A stretch of DNA of 63,030 nt, filler included, from Chrysochromulina tobinii (taxonomy: Eukaryota), in the NCBI GenBank assembly GCA_001275005.1. It is 6 parts of 6 records of this genome, joined end to end, with 100 filler letters (N's around TTAATTAATTAA, not from the genome) between each part and the next. Parts side by side here need not be neighbours in the genome. Positions count along the whole stretch, not along the records: positions 1 to 16,086 come from JWZX01000401.1; 5 more parts are not named here. The stretch is one strand, 5' to 3'. Shown in pieces: positions 1 to 9,626 of the stretch (positions within the stretch are counted from its first letter, which is position 1; each line of letters starts with the position of its first letter). The notes under the pieces were generated by a model, which was not told the DNA's origin, made no database searches, and saw only the letters and a list, made by a program, of their open reading frames with translations. The position numbers and the translations under genes are program-made.

Positions 1-2458
1 CCCCGGGCAGCTTGGCAAGCCGGTGTGCGATGGAGCGCTCGAGACGGCGGGCCGCACGGCGCGCCTCGACGGCCTCCTGATCTGGATCGAGCGTCTCTTC
101 GAGCCGCCGACTCACGCTACGCTCGAGCCGCGCAGTGCGCCTCTCCGCCGCCGCCGCCTCCGCCGCCGCCGCTCGGGCGGCCTCGTTGCCGCCGCCACTG
201 TGGGGCTCGTGGCGCAGACGTCGCCGCGCAAGGCCCTCGCCGACGGGACCTTCGGCTGCTTCGGCGGAGCTCGTGCTCGGCAGGGCGCTACGGCCACGCG
301 GCGGCAGATTATCAGCAGCGCCCGCGCCGGGGACAGCACCTGTAGCTGACACGTTGGCGTGGGCTCGGGGCTGGCTGTGCGAGGGGCGGTCCGGATGAGA
401 TCGGCGCTGAGGAGGCCCTTTGGATGCGGCCGTGGCCGCCGCAGCTGCGGCTGCGTCGATTTGGGCACACACCTCGTCGAGGAGCGCGAGGGGCGCCTCG
501 GCCAATGCCTCGCGCACGAGCTGGGCGAGGCGCTCCTCAGCGCGGCGTCCCTCAGCGCGGCGGTCCGCGGCCACAGATGCCACCGGTGCCACCTGCGCCA
601 CCAGCAGCGCCGCGGCCCCATGAGAGCCACGGAGCTTCGTCAGTAACCCTTGGAGCTGCTCAGCGCTCAAGCCGCTCAATTCGAATGTGGGGCCATTGTT
701 CGGCTGAGCGGCGGCGACCGTCTCGAGACTCACTGGCATGCCGTCGACGTTGCGCTCGAGGCCGGCAAAGAGGTCGACCGCACCCGCGCCGCTCGCGCCA
801 CTGCCCCATCCGTTGCGCCGCTGGTTGCTAGCGTGCGCTGCTGTTCTCTGCCCCACCCCACTCGCCGTACGCGCCCCTCGGGCGTCGTGCACCACTGCCG
901 TCGTTGTGGCGGCGCACCTCGCCGGGCGGGCGGGAGCGGCGCTATCGCTTCGGCTCATCGTTGGCAGCTTTGCGGCTGCATGCATACGATGTACGCCCTC
1001 GGATCCGCCGATGCCATCAAAGCTAGCAGCGCCCTCTATCGTCGTCCTCTCGTGCGCGCCACCGTCCTCGCCTCTGCGCACCCACTTCGGAGGAGGTGCA
1101 GCCGCTGCTCCGCTCGCACGCGCACGCAAGCGCTCGAGCCGGGCCGCGTGCCGAGCGAGCCGCCGGCGCGACTCATCGCTCGCCGACGAGGGCTCCGGTG
1201 CGCCGGCGCCTGCGGCAGCGTGCTGAGCGCTCATCGATGGCAGGCTTGCGCCGAGATCGTCGAGATTCGCGTCGAGATCGTCGAGATCGTCCGGCCAATC
1301 AGACACGTCCGACCAGCGCGCGCTCAGCATGTGGGCATCATCGCCCTGCGTCGTCGGGAGCTGCAGCTGGATGCACACCTCATCAAGGAGCGCGAGGGGG
1401 GCCTCGCGCAGCCGTTGGCGTGCCAGCTGCACGAGAGCTGCGAGCGAGGCGTCCGGCAGCTCGTCGAGCGGCCTCTCCAGAGCGTGACTCAGCTTGGCGA
1501 TGAGCGCCCGCAGCTGCGTCGCGTCCATCTGATGGAGCTCAATGGTGCGCCGCGGAGGTGCAACCATCGGCTGGAGCCCGTTGAGCCCGAGGGTGGTCAG
1601 CACCTCGTCGATGAGCGGCAGAGGCGCCGCGCCGAGCGCCGCGCTGGCAAGCTCGAGCAGTTCCGCCTTCTCTACCGCCAATCTCGCCACATCCACCGCG
1701 CCGCCGAGCGCCGCGATCAGCACATTGAGCTCGCGAACCGACAAGTCGCTCAGCTGCTTGAGCTGCCTGGGCGATGGCGGGCGCGGCGGCGCCAGCGCCG
1801 CGGCCCCATCGTCCCCGGCTACGTCCGACCCGAAGGCGTCTAGCATCTCGTCGAGCTCGGAGAGCATCTCATCCTCGGTGAATGGCTCCCTTCCCAGCTC
1901 GCTGCCGTCGCTCTCGCTTCGCGCGTCCTCGTCCTTGGCTCCTCGCTTACCACCTCGCCTGCGCGAGCTGCTCCGGTGCGACCGGTGTGACATGAGCGAC
2001 GACCGGTGTGACCTGAGCGACGACCGGTGGCTGCGGAGCGAGCTCGCTCCAGAGAGATTGCTCCGCCAGGTGCTTAGCTCACCCTCTGACTCGGTGCGAA
2101 GCATGCGCCGCAGTGGATCGATAGTGGTCCGACCACCGTCCGTGTCGCCGACGAGCGAACCCTGCAGCCCAGCGCCCACCATCTCACTGGCTGATGCTTT
2201 AGCGGACTGGCGCGCTTGCAAGACAGACTCACGCAGCTGCTCATCGAACTGCGCGGCACTCGTGTCTGCCATCAAAGAGCGCGCCTTCGAGCCGCGCACG
2301 TACTCGGCCAACCCGAGATGGCCTTGTGCCCTTGCAAGCTCGACTGCGCTGTCTGCATTGGCCACGACCCAGTCTTCTGGGGCACTCAAGCGAAGGTACT
2401 CCACGTCGCCGTCTCTGACGGCGCGCCAGCACCGAGCCTGCACGGCCCTGTGGGCCAT
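1..2458 (-). CDS. Hypothetical protein, 3'-partial (runs off the window); ankyrin-like N-terminal motif and three copies of a helical SAP-like module
   Basis: Not in the ORF track because there is no stop in the window. Manual minus-strand translation from ATG 2458 (in-frame TGA upstream) stays open to base 2: MAHRAVQARCWRAVRDGDVEYLR...AVELARAQGHLGLAEYV... Repeats end APLPLIDEVL / APLALLDEVCIQL / APLALLDEVCAQI. Confidence 0.7.
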   Translation of the reverse strand, partial: MAHRAVQARCWRAVRDGDVEYLRLSAPEDWVVANADSAVELARAQGHLGLAEYVRGSKARSLMADTSAAQFDEQLRESVLQARQSAKASASEMVGAGLQGSLVGDTDGGRTTIDPLRRMLRTESEGELSTWRSNLSGASSLRSHRSSLRSHRSSLMSHRSHRSSSRRRGGKRGAKDEDARSESDGSELGREPFTEDEMLSELDEMLDAFGSDVAGDDGAAALAPPRPPSPRQLKQLSDLSVRELNVLIAALGGAVDVARLAVEKAELLELASAALGAAPLPLIDEVLTTLGLNGLQPMVAPPRRTIELHQMDATQLRALIAKLSHALERPLDELPDASLAALVQLARQRLREAPLALLDEVCIQLQLPTTQGDDAHMLSARWSDVSDWPDDLDDLDANLDDLGASLPSMSAQHAAAGAGAPEPSSASDESRRRLARHAARLERLRARASGAAAAPPPKWVRRGEDGGAHERTTIEGAASFDGIGGSEGVHRMHAAAKLPTMSRSDSAAPARPARCAATTTAVVHDARGARTASGVGQRTAAHASNQRRNGWGSGASGAGAVDLFAGLERNVDGMPVSLETVAAAQPNNGPTFELSGLSAEQLQGLLTKLRGSHGAAALLVAQVAPVASVAADRRAEGRRAEERLAQLVREALAEAPLALLDEVCAQIDAAAAAAATAASKGPPQRRSHPDRPSHSQPRAHANVSATGAVPGAGAADNLPPRGRSALPSTSSAEAAEGPVGEGLARRRLRHEPHSGGGNEAARAAAAEAAAAERRTARLERSVSRRLEETLDPDQEAVEARRAARRLERSIAHRLAKLPG

Positions 2459-3016
2459 CGGCCAGCGACGCTCAAAGAAGACGATATTTCCAGAGTCGGA
2501 CACCGCCGTCGCAGCGCCCCTGAGAAAGGGGTCGGCGTTGGCCGGCACAGTGAGAATTTTTGCTGGTAAGCGCCCGAGGCGGTAAGTTCATAAGTTTTCT
2601 GGGGAAGTTTCGCTCGGGATCTTTGCTCTCTAAGAATCAAGAAGCTTGTGTGTGCGTGCCACCACGGTAGCCACGGCGACCGGCGTCGATATCGTTACCC
2701 CGCGATCGTGTGCGTGTTTCTGTTTGAAAAGGCAAAAGCGCTAAAGCGGTAAAAAGCGCTGTTTCGATCGATTTAGGTGTGCTGGCGATCCGTTTCGACC
2801 TAGAACACACGCGAACCCAAAGATAAGCTCGGCCCAAAGATAAGCTCGGATCTGCTCCCTGCTCCGCGGTGTTTCCGGCGATGAGCCCGGGGCCGGCGTT
2901 TGTGCCCGATTTTAAGCCCGACGTTGGATATTCATCGTAATCGTAAAGCCTTTTGTACGTGCTTGATTACTTCTTTACTGCCTTCGCGGGATGCGCCGCA
3001 AGTGTAGTGCCCCGCG

Positions 3017-4669
3017 TCACTCCTCGACCTCGGGCTCGAAGGGCGCGAAGCATCGCTTGAATTCCGACGCACCTCGCGCCTCGAGCTCGACGGTGCTCGC
3101 CCGCTCGCCAGGTGCAGGCTGGGGCATGCACTTCTTCCAGTCGGCGCGATCTGGGTTGCCGAGCAGTGCGGCGACGACCTCACGACCAAACTGGAGCGGG
3201 TGCCGTCGCGGATTGGTGCGGTGAAGGTGCAGGAGCGTCTCGCCCGATGGCAGCGTGGCTGCGAAGAAGGGCTCGGGCCCACCTGGCATGCGCGAGACAA
3301 GCGTCTCACTGGGTGCGAGCATCTCAAAGTGCAAACCGAGCCGCCGGCCGTGCGCCTCGAAAGCGGCGCGTACACCGCCTGCCAGCTGCGCGGGGAGCGG
3401 CACTGCTTGGACGTGCATGTGCTCAAAGGTGCCGCTGGCCATGTAGCGCTCGAAGAGAAGGAGCGCAAAGCCGCGGGCCAGGAAGCACTTGCGCAGCGCC
3501 GCCACGTACCGCTGCAGCTCGGCCGCCTCGCTGTCGCTCAGCAGCAGCGAGCAGGGCTTGTGCGCGATGGGGAGGAGCAGTGCGTGCATGGGTAGCAATG
3601 GCCCCTTGGCCACGGACGCGTAAACCTCCTCGCCAACCGACACGACTAGGTGGGTCTCGAACTGGGCCGAGGCCATGCAGAACCAGCACGTGTCGGCCAC
3701 CCACGACCGCTGCTCCTTGGCGAACTCGGGGCGCTTGCGCTTTGTGCCACCGCCCGCATCTGCCGCCAGCGCACCGTCGCCAGCGCCCCCACCACCTCCA
3801 CCGACTCCACCACCGCCGCCGGCCACGGCGGCCGCGTTGGGCGGGACCGGGTGCGCGCACTGCGCGGCATCCTCGCCTGTGGATGCGCGCAAAGCGTACG
3901 GGTATGGCGAATCAGTCGTACCTTCGGGGGCGCTGGCCAGTTGCTCGGCTGCCATTGTCGCCATCGGCGCCAGAGCAAGCGCATGCAGCCACTTCTTCTT
4001 CTTGGGATCGGCGTTGACGGCTGCGAGGCAAACAAGCCGGCACACCGAGCCGCTTCCCTGACGGTAGGGCGCACGTGCGAAGAATGTGTCCTCCGTGCCG
4101 CAAAAGTGGTAGCGCGGCTGCACACAGCAGGCCATTTCGGCCACTTGTTCGGAGCCGACCTCGGGTAGCTCGCGCTCTGGGAGCACGTCGGCGGGCACGC
4201 CGTCAGCCGGCAACTTGCGGAAGAAGCCACGCGGCCAGTCGCAGGTGAGTAGCACGTCGCAGCCCAGGTACGTGGCATGACTTGTACGCCGGCGCAGTTC
4301 GGCCACGGCATCAGTGAGCTGCGTGCCGCCTGCTCGGCCATCGGTGAAGCCAACGCGCAGGCCATGCAACGTGATGATACCCGTGCCAGCGAGGCAGTAC
4401 AGATCTGGGCAGAGCTCGAGCTTGCCGTCTGGATCGGCAGTCGGCGCGTCGGCGGGTGGCGGGCCGAGCAGGTACGTAGGCAGGGGCACCTTGCGCTCAC
4501 CCGACTTGAAAGGCTCGAGCAGTTCCGCAGCCGAGGCCTCTCCAAAAAAGTCGCCAACACAAAGCATGCAATCGAACGGGCCCTTGGAGCTGTGCACCGC
4601 AGCGGCGCGCAGGAAAAGCTGATCGAGCGAGCCCTTGACGTCACCAGCCACCAGGAGCTTGGTGGTCAT
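3017..4669 (-). CDS. CWF19L1: CWF19-like protein 1 (Drn1): metallophosphoesterase-like N-terminus plus CwfJ C-terminal domains
   Basis: Motifs KLLVAGDVKG, GPFDCMLCVGDFF, DVLLTCDWP, PRYHF, FFARAPY, CWFCMA, AKGPL...HALLLPIAH, HMHVQAVP, PLQFGREV, RADWKKC. First ATG at 4669. Confidence 0.92.
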   Translation of the reverse strand: MTTKLLVAGDVKGSLDQLFLRAAAVHSSKGPFDCMLCVGDFFGEASAAELLEPFKSGERKVPLPTYLLGPPPADAPTADPDGKLELCPDLYCLAGTGIITLHGLRVGFTDGRAGGTQLTDAVAELRRRTSHATYLGCDVLLTCDWPRGFFRKLPADGVPADVLPERELPEVGSEQVAEMACCVQPRYHFCGTEDTFFARAPYRQGSGSVCRLVCLAAVNADPKKKKWLHALALAPMATMAAEQLASAPEGTTDSPYPYALRASTGEDAAQCAHPVPPNAAAVAGGGGGVGGGGGGAGDGALAADAGGGTKRKRPEFAKEQRSWVADTCWFCMASAQFETHLVVSVGEEVYASVAKGPLLPMHALLLPIAHKPCSLLLSDSEAAELQRYVAALRKCFLARGFALLLFERYMASGTFEHMHVQAVPLPAQLAGGVRAAFEAHGRRLGLHFEMLAPSETLVSRMPGGPEPFFAATLPSGETLLHLHRTNPRRHPLQFGREVVAALLGNPDRADWKKCMPQPAPGERASTVELEARGASEFKRCFAPFEPEVEE

Positions 4670-4791
4670 GCTTTCCCGTGAGCACACGTCGGCACGTGCT
4701 CGTTTTTCTTGAGAAATACTTTTTGACCTTCACCACGTGGTGACCTTCACACGACCAGTCCTCCACAAGTTTCTCAAATTTCATCGTCCCG

Positions 4792-6156
4792 ATGCCGTCA
4801 ACCCCTCGGCTGACGCCCGAACAGTTGAACACGGCCGGATTCGTGCTGTTTTTCGGCCTATGTCAGGCTACATATGTGTTCGTCCTCAGGAAGCCCGAGC
4901 CAATGCACGAGCCCGGGCCCGACAAGACTATAGTTATCCTTGACGGAAGTGGCATCTCCGCAGGCAAAGAGACGTCGCTGGACCAATTGATGCAAAATCC
5001 GGCGGCCGTAGTGACCTTTGACTCCTATGGCAATCGCAAATCTCCTCCGTCTTCTTCGCCCCAACCATCTACAAAACCTTTGAAGCCGCCGCAGACATCC
5101 CCGCAGCCACCGTCGCTGCCGCCTCCGCCTCAGCCATCGCCTCTGCCTCCACAACAGCCTACACCTTCACTTCAGCCGCCGACGCAGGAGCAGCCGCCAC
5201 CACCGCTCCAGTTGCCTCCGTCACAGCCATCGCCGCACTTGCCACAGCCGTCGCCACAGTCGTTGACACCACAGCCACCACAGCCGTCACTGCTGCAGCC
5301 GTCACCACTTCCTTTGACGCCGCCACGAAAACATCAGGAGGCGACCCTGCTGAATTCGATTGACGAAGGAGAGCCAATGCCCGAGACCGACGATCGCCGA
5401 GCGGGTTGTCGCAGACCCGCATACGTGTGGGCGCAGAATCACACGCACGTCTTCGTCACCGTGAGTCTCAGTAGAGCCGAGCGTGAGGCTGCTCCGAAGG
5501 TCGACTGTGGCCAACGGCAACTGAAAGTCCACGCCAGTCGAGAGAGCGGCGCCGACTGCGTTGAGATCACTCTGGAGCTCTTTCGCCCAATCAAAACGGC
5601 CCGCTGCCAGTCACAGCGCACGAACCGGGGACTGCTGCTCCGGGCGCCCAAGCAGGGTCCAGGCCATTGGCGGCGGTTACTCCTGAGGGACGTGTACGAC
5701 GCCAAGCAGAGCGTCGACTGGAGTCGCTTCTCGCATCCTGACGCGACGCGTGCCGAGAAGCAGGAGCGCCGCGAAGCCGACTTTGCGGCGCTCGATGCGG
5801 TGCGAATGCGCGAGATGGCGCGGCTGCGGCCCCGCTTCGACGCGATGCTTCGAGACTTCGCTGCGGCGCAGGAGCGCAGCGAGGTTCTCGACCCTCAGAG
5901 GCAGCACGAGATGCTCGTGCTCGGGGAGGCTATCTTGAAGCACTTCCACGAGGAGCGATCCGAGCGCGCTGCGCTGCGTGGGGATGCGCCACTGCCCGCA
6001 GGCGTCGACGAGTTGGACCTCGAACGCTCCGTGCTCAAGCTTCGTGAGCTTGACCGCAAAGGCCAGTTGGATCACGACCGCAATACAGAAAGCTGGAAGG
6101 AGTGGCGAAGGAGGCGAGCAGGGAGGACTCCAGGCGAAAAGAGAAAGGCCATCTGA
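4792..6156 (+). CDS. Membrane-anchored CS (p23/HSP20-like) domain protein with Pro/Gln-rich linker
   Basis: N-terminal hydrophobic segment AGFVLFFGLCQATYVFVL. CS-like YVWAQNHTHVFVTV...LELFRPI...HWRRLL...VDWSRF. Intact 454-aa ORF. Confidence 0.7.
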   Translation: MPSTPRLTPEQLNTAGFVLFFGLCQATYVFVLRKPEPMHEPGPDKTIVILDGSGISAGKETSLDQLMQNPAAVVTFDSYGNRKSPPSSSPQPSTKPLKPPQTSPQPPSLPPPPQPSPLPPQQPTPSLQPPTQEQPPPPLQLPPSQPSPHLPQPSPQSLTPQPPQPSLLQPSPLPLTPPRKHQEATLLNSIDEGEPMPETDDRRAGCRRPAYVWAQNHTHVFVTVSLSRAEREAAPKVDCGQRQLKVHASRESGADCVEITLELFRPIKTARCQSQRTNRGLLLRAPKQGPGHWRRLLLRDVYDAKQSVDWSRFSHPDATRAEKQERREADFAALDAVRMREMARLRPRFDAMLRDFAAAQERSEVLDPQRQHEMLVLGEAILKHFHEERSERAALRGDAPLPAGVDELDLERSVLKLRELDRKGQLDHDRNTESWKEWRRRRAGRTPGEKRKAI

Positions 6157-6828
6157 GGTGAGAGAAAGTGGTGAAGAAGACGTAGAGACACTAGACGAGA
6201 CTAGTTAGAGACCGACAAGTCACGAGAAGTAGATACCATACAGCGCGCGCGCCGCACCGCCGAACGGTACGCGTACGGTCGGCGACGCCCGACGGTCCGC
6301 GTACGCGCGCGGTACGGGACTTTCCGCGTCCGTTTCTCCTTCTTAAGACCGTCCCGTGGGCCCTGACCCGATCGGGCTGCATCGGTGGGGCGAGCCGGCA
6401 TACCATTCGCTTTCGACATTCGCTTGAGGCCTTCTTGAGGCCGTTCCCCCCGGCCCCGCGCCCCGGCTAGCGGCTTGAAGTTGAACGGAGAACGCGGTCG
6501 TAGCCGGGAAGCCGGGTCGTACGTCGACCCGGCGCGGCCGCGGTGGGTAACTCTTGACACTTGAGAAACATTACTACACATCAAAAACTTCGCTTGCTCT
6601 AGTGTTGCCCTCGAAGCAGTGCGCGTGCAGTGGATGTGGACCGTCCCGAGGAGCTCGCCCCTCTCGACGGCCTCAGTCGTGTGGCGAGGGCGAAGGCCGA
6701 AGCGGCGAACGCGGAGTTCATCTCACGGGCGGTGGGGCGGGGCACACGGCAGGCGGCAGCTGTGCGCTGCAGCGGCCCGCGTCCGCTCCCTACTACTCCG
6801 ACAATTCAACACTCGGCATCGTCCGTTC

Positions 6829-8112
6829 TTACTTGGAGAGCAGCCCCTCATCGTCAAGCATGGGCGCGCGTTCCTGGTTGGTGCGGAGAAGGTAGTTCTG
6901 GTCGGAAGCGAGCGATGCATGCAGCTCGTTCAGCTTGCCCGCAAGGCGGATGGCCCCTTGCAACGCGCTTTCCATGAGCACTGCCGACGCGTGCGAGACG
7001 TACCGCTCTGGCCGTTCGAGAAAGTGCACCATACCTTTTGCCTCGTCGATGCTCGCGTGGATCTCATCGGCCAAAATCATCTCGCGGATCTGACGCGCCG
7101 CCGCCGCCTCGCTTTCAAGCCCGGCGATCGAGGCGATTTGGGTGAGAGAGAGGGTGAGGTACGTCTCGGTGAGTTGTTTGATGGAGCGCCGCATCCGCGC
7201 GGGCATGCACTGCCTGGCGAGCCCCAGGTTCCGGTCGGCCTCAAAAGCCGCCGTGTGCTTCTGCAAGCTCTCGCGCAGCTTCGCGCCGTCGCCCGTGGCG
7301 AAGGCGTCCGCAAACTCGCTGTACGCCGCGAGGCTCTTGATCGGCCGCGCGATCGCGGGCGATACGTACTTGGGCAGCCGCGGTAGCTCGCCTGTCTCGA
7401 TCAGCGAGCAAAGCAGGCACTTTTTATACGCCTCGAGCATGATCGCGTTCAACACGTGCGTCGGCGCGGAGACGCACAGCGCGAAGCTCTCGAGGGCGGC
7501 CTTGTAGCGCTTGAGCCCCGTGTAGATCATGCCAGCGTAGTAGTGGAAGAGGAGCAGGTCGCGTGGCGTCACAAGCGTAGCGTCGCGGTCCACCTGCAGC
7601 AGCTCCTGCGCGAGTAGCGGCAGCGCTGCGGAGTACGTCTTTGCGAGAAGGCACGCCTTGAGGCACTCCGCATGCAGTGGCGTGAAGTGGCTCGTCGTCG
7701 GTTGCAGGGCGAGCGCGGCAGCGTGCAATGGCCGCACGGCCGAGAGCGGCGCACGAGCCGTTAAGCACGCCGCGCTGAACTTTGTGCACACGGCGACGAA
7801 CTGTGACGGCACCATCTGAACTTGCACCGGGTCGCAACCGAGCAGGAGCCTGCGACACTGCGCGATGAAGATCTGCACGGCCGCCACATTACTCAGTGGC
7901 ACAGCTGAACCCTTGACATTGAGGATGAAGACGAGGCCGAGCGTGTGCAGGTGCGGCGTGAGCACCTGCGCCGCTTCGTCGAGTTGTGGCATGTGCTGGA
8001 TGAGCACCTCCTCGTGCGTCTGCAGGTTCTTGAGCAGGCTTTTGAGCTCAGCCTGTGAAGCCTCCGTCGCTTGGATGCACGCAACCAGATCGGTGAGCGC
8101 AGACAGAGACAT
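6829..8112 (-). CDS. CSN3: COP9 signalosome subunit 3 (PCI domain)
   Basis: HFTPLHAECLKACLLAKTY, LLFHYYAGMIYTGLKRY, NAIMLEAYKK, NLGLARQC...IKQLTETYLTLSL...IHASID match CSN3. 427 aa. Confidence 0.92.
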   Translation of the reverse strand: MSLSALTDLVACIQATEASQAELKSLLKNLQTHEEVLIQHMPQLDEAAQVLTPHLHTLGLVFILNVKGSAVPLSNVAAVQIFIAQCRRLLLGCDPVQVQMVPSQFVAVCTKFSAACLTARAPLSAVRPLHAAALALQPTTSHFTPLHAECLKACLLAKTYSAALPLLAQELLQVDRDATLVTPRDLLLFHYYAGMIYTGLKRYKAALESFALCVSAPTHVLNAIMLEAYKKCLLCSLIETGELPRLPKYVSPAIARPIKSLAAYSEFADAFATGDGAKLRESLQKHTAAFEADRNLGLARQCMPARMRRSIKQLTETYLTLSLTQIASIAGLESEAAAARQIREMILADEIHASIDEAKGMVHFLERPERYVSHASAVLMESALQGAIRLAGKLNELHASLASDQNYLLRTNQERAPMLDDEGLLSK

Positions 8113-8228
8113 GGCCAGGCGTCGCGACAGCGCCCGCGCGCTCGGCGATTCGCTAGGGCGCCCTCCTGATGACCTTCCTCATCAAGACGCGTCTTGCGAT
8201 CCCAGCGCCGCGCCGAAGGCCGCTGCCC

Positions 8229-9393
8229 ATGTCTCTGTCCGCAAGCGATCCCTCAAATGAGGCCTCGGCGGCTTCGACCACGGCGCAGACGGGGCTGCTC
8301 TCGTGCGTCGTGCACCCGATCGTGCTCCTCTCAGTTGTCGATCACTACAACCGCGTCGCCAAGGACACAAAAAAACGTGTTGTCGGCATGCTGCTCGGCA
8401 CCGTGTCGAAGGGCGTCGTCGACATTACGAACTGTTACGCCGTGCCCTTTGAGGAGGACGACAAGGACCTCAACATCTGGTACCTCGACCATTCGTACCA
8501 CGAGCAAATGTTTAGCATGTTCAAGAAGGTCAACGCGAGCGAGAAACTGGTCGGCTGGTGTGCAAGAGCCCGTTCGCCTGGGCCCGGGGCCGCGCACGCA
8601 CTCCAACACGCCCGCGCACCCGCACGCCCGCGCACCCGCACGCCCGCGCTGCCCCGCACGCGCCAACGCCAGGACCCGCGTTCATCACCCGCTCGTGCGC
8701 ACCACCTCGGCTAGGTACTCAACTGGACCCAAGATCAAGCCGGGCGACCTGCAGATCGACCAACTGGTGCGCCGGTATACGTCCAACCCTGTCATGGTGA
8801 TCATCGACGTGAAGCCTAAGGACTTGGGCATCCCGACGGAGGCGTACCACGCAGTCGAGGAGATCCGCGAGGGGCAGCAGCAGAGTTGGACCTTCAAGCA
8901 CGTGCCCTCGTCCATCGGTGCCCTAGAGTCGGAGGAGGTGGGTGTCGAACACCTGCTGCGTGACGTGCGCGACACGACCATCTCGACGCTCGCCAACCAG
9001 GTGGCCCAAAAGCTCGGCGCGCTCAAGGGACTCGCCGCACGCCTCTCAGAGGTCGACGGCTACCTGCAGAATGTGCTCTCGGGCCGGCTGCCCGTGAATC
9101 ACAAGATCATCTACGCGCTGCAGGACATTTTCAACTTGCTGCCCAACCTCAACGTTGAGGAGCTCGTGCAAGCTTTTGCGGTCAAGACGAACGACATGAT
9201 GCTCGCCATCTACCTCGCCTCCGTCATCCGCGCCGTCGTCGCACTGCACAACCTGATTGACAACCGCATTGTCAACAAGGAGAAGGAGCGCGCGAGCGAC
9301 GAGGTGGCCGCTAACAAGGACAAGGAGGGCGCGGCGAAGAAGGACGAGGGCAAGGAGAACAAGGAGCAGGGCAAGGGCGCTGCCCAGAAGTGA
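8229..9393 (+). CDS. RPN8: 26S proteasome lid subunit RPN8/PSMD7 (MPN); exons 8229-8557 and 8715-9393
   Basis: [31 protein letters not shown]. The GT-AG intron 8558-8714 splices to VGW|YSTGPK. Also [29 protein letters not shown]. Confidence 0.96.
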
Positions 9394-9626
9394 GAGGAGC
9401 GATAAGTCTCCTGCCCACGCTGTAAAGCAACCGATGTGTCAGGGACTGAGGGTCGGTGACTCTGTGACTCTCCAGGACGCGCGGTCTGTGTATGGATTCT
9501 TAGCCAGAGCATTAAGACAGTGAAGCAGAGAAGTATAGCCAGAGATGCACCTTTCGAGAGAGCTGTGAACGAGTTCGTGACCGCGGCACCGAGACTCCTC
9601 TAGTGTGCGAAGTGACTGCGGTGCTC

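Noticed and set aside
650..2585. Long + strand ORFs (397 aa, 347 aa) and similar long overlapping ORFs elsewhere (e.g. 14014-15765, 33801-35786, 49834-51315)
   Set aside because: Antisense or alternative-frame shadows of real genes in very GC-rich DNA; no recognisable motifs.
6255..6535. Cluster of short palindromes (GTACGCGTAC; CCGGGTCG..CGACCCGG), with a 14-mer shared with 32385-32398
   Set aside because: Short GC-rich stems can arise by chance; no element ends or target duplication could be defined.
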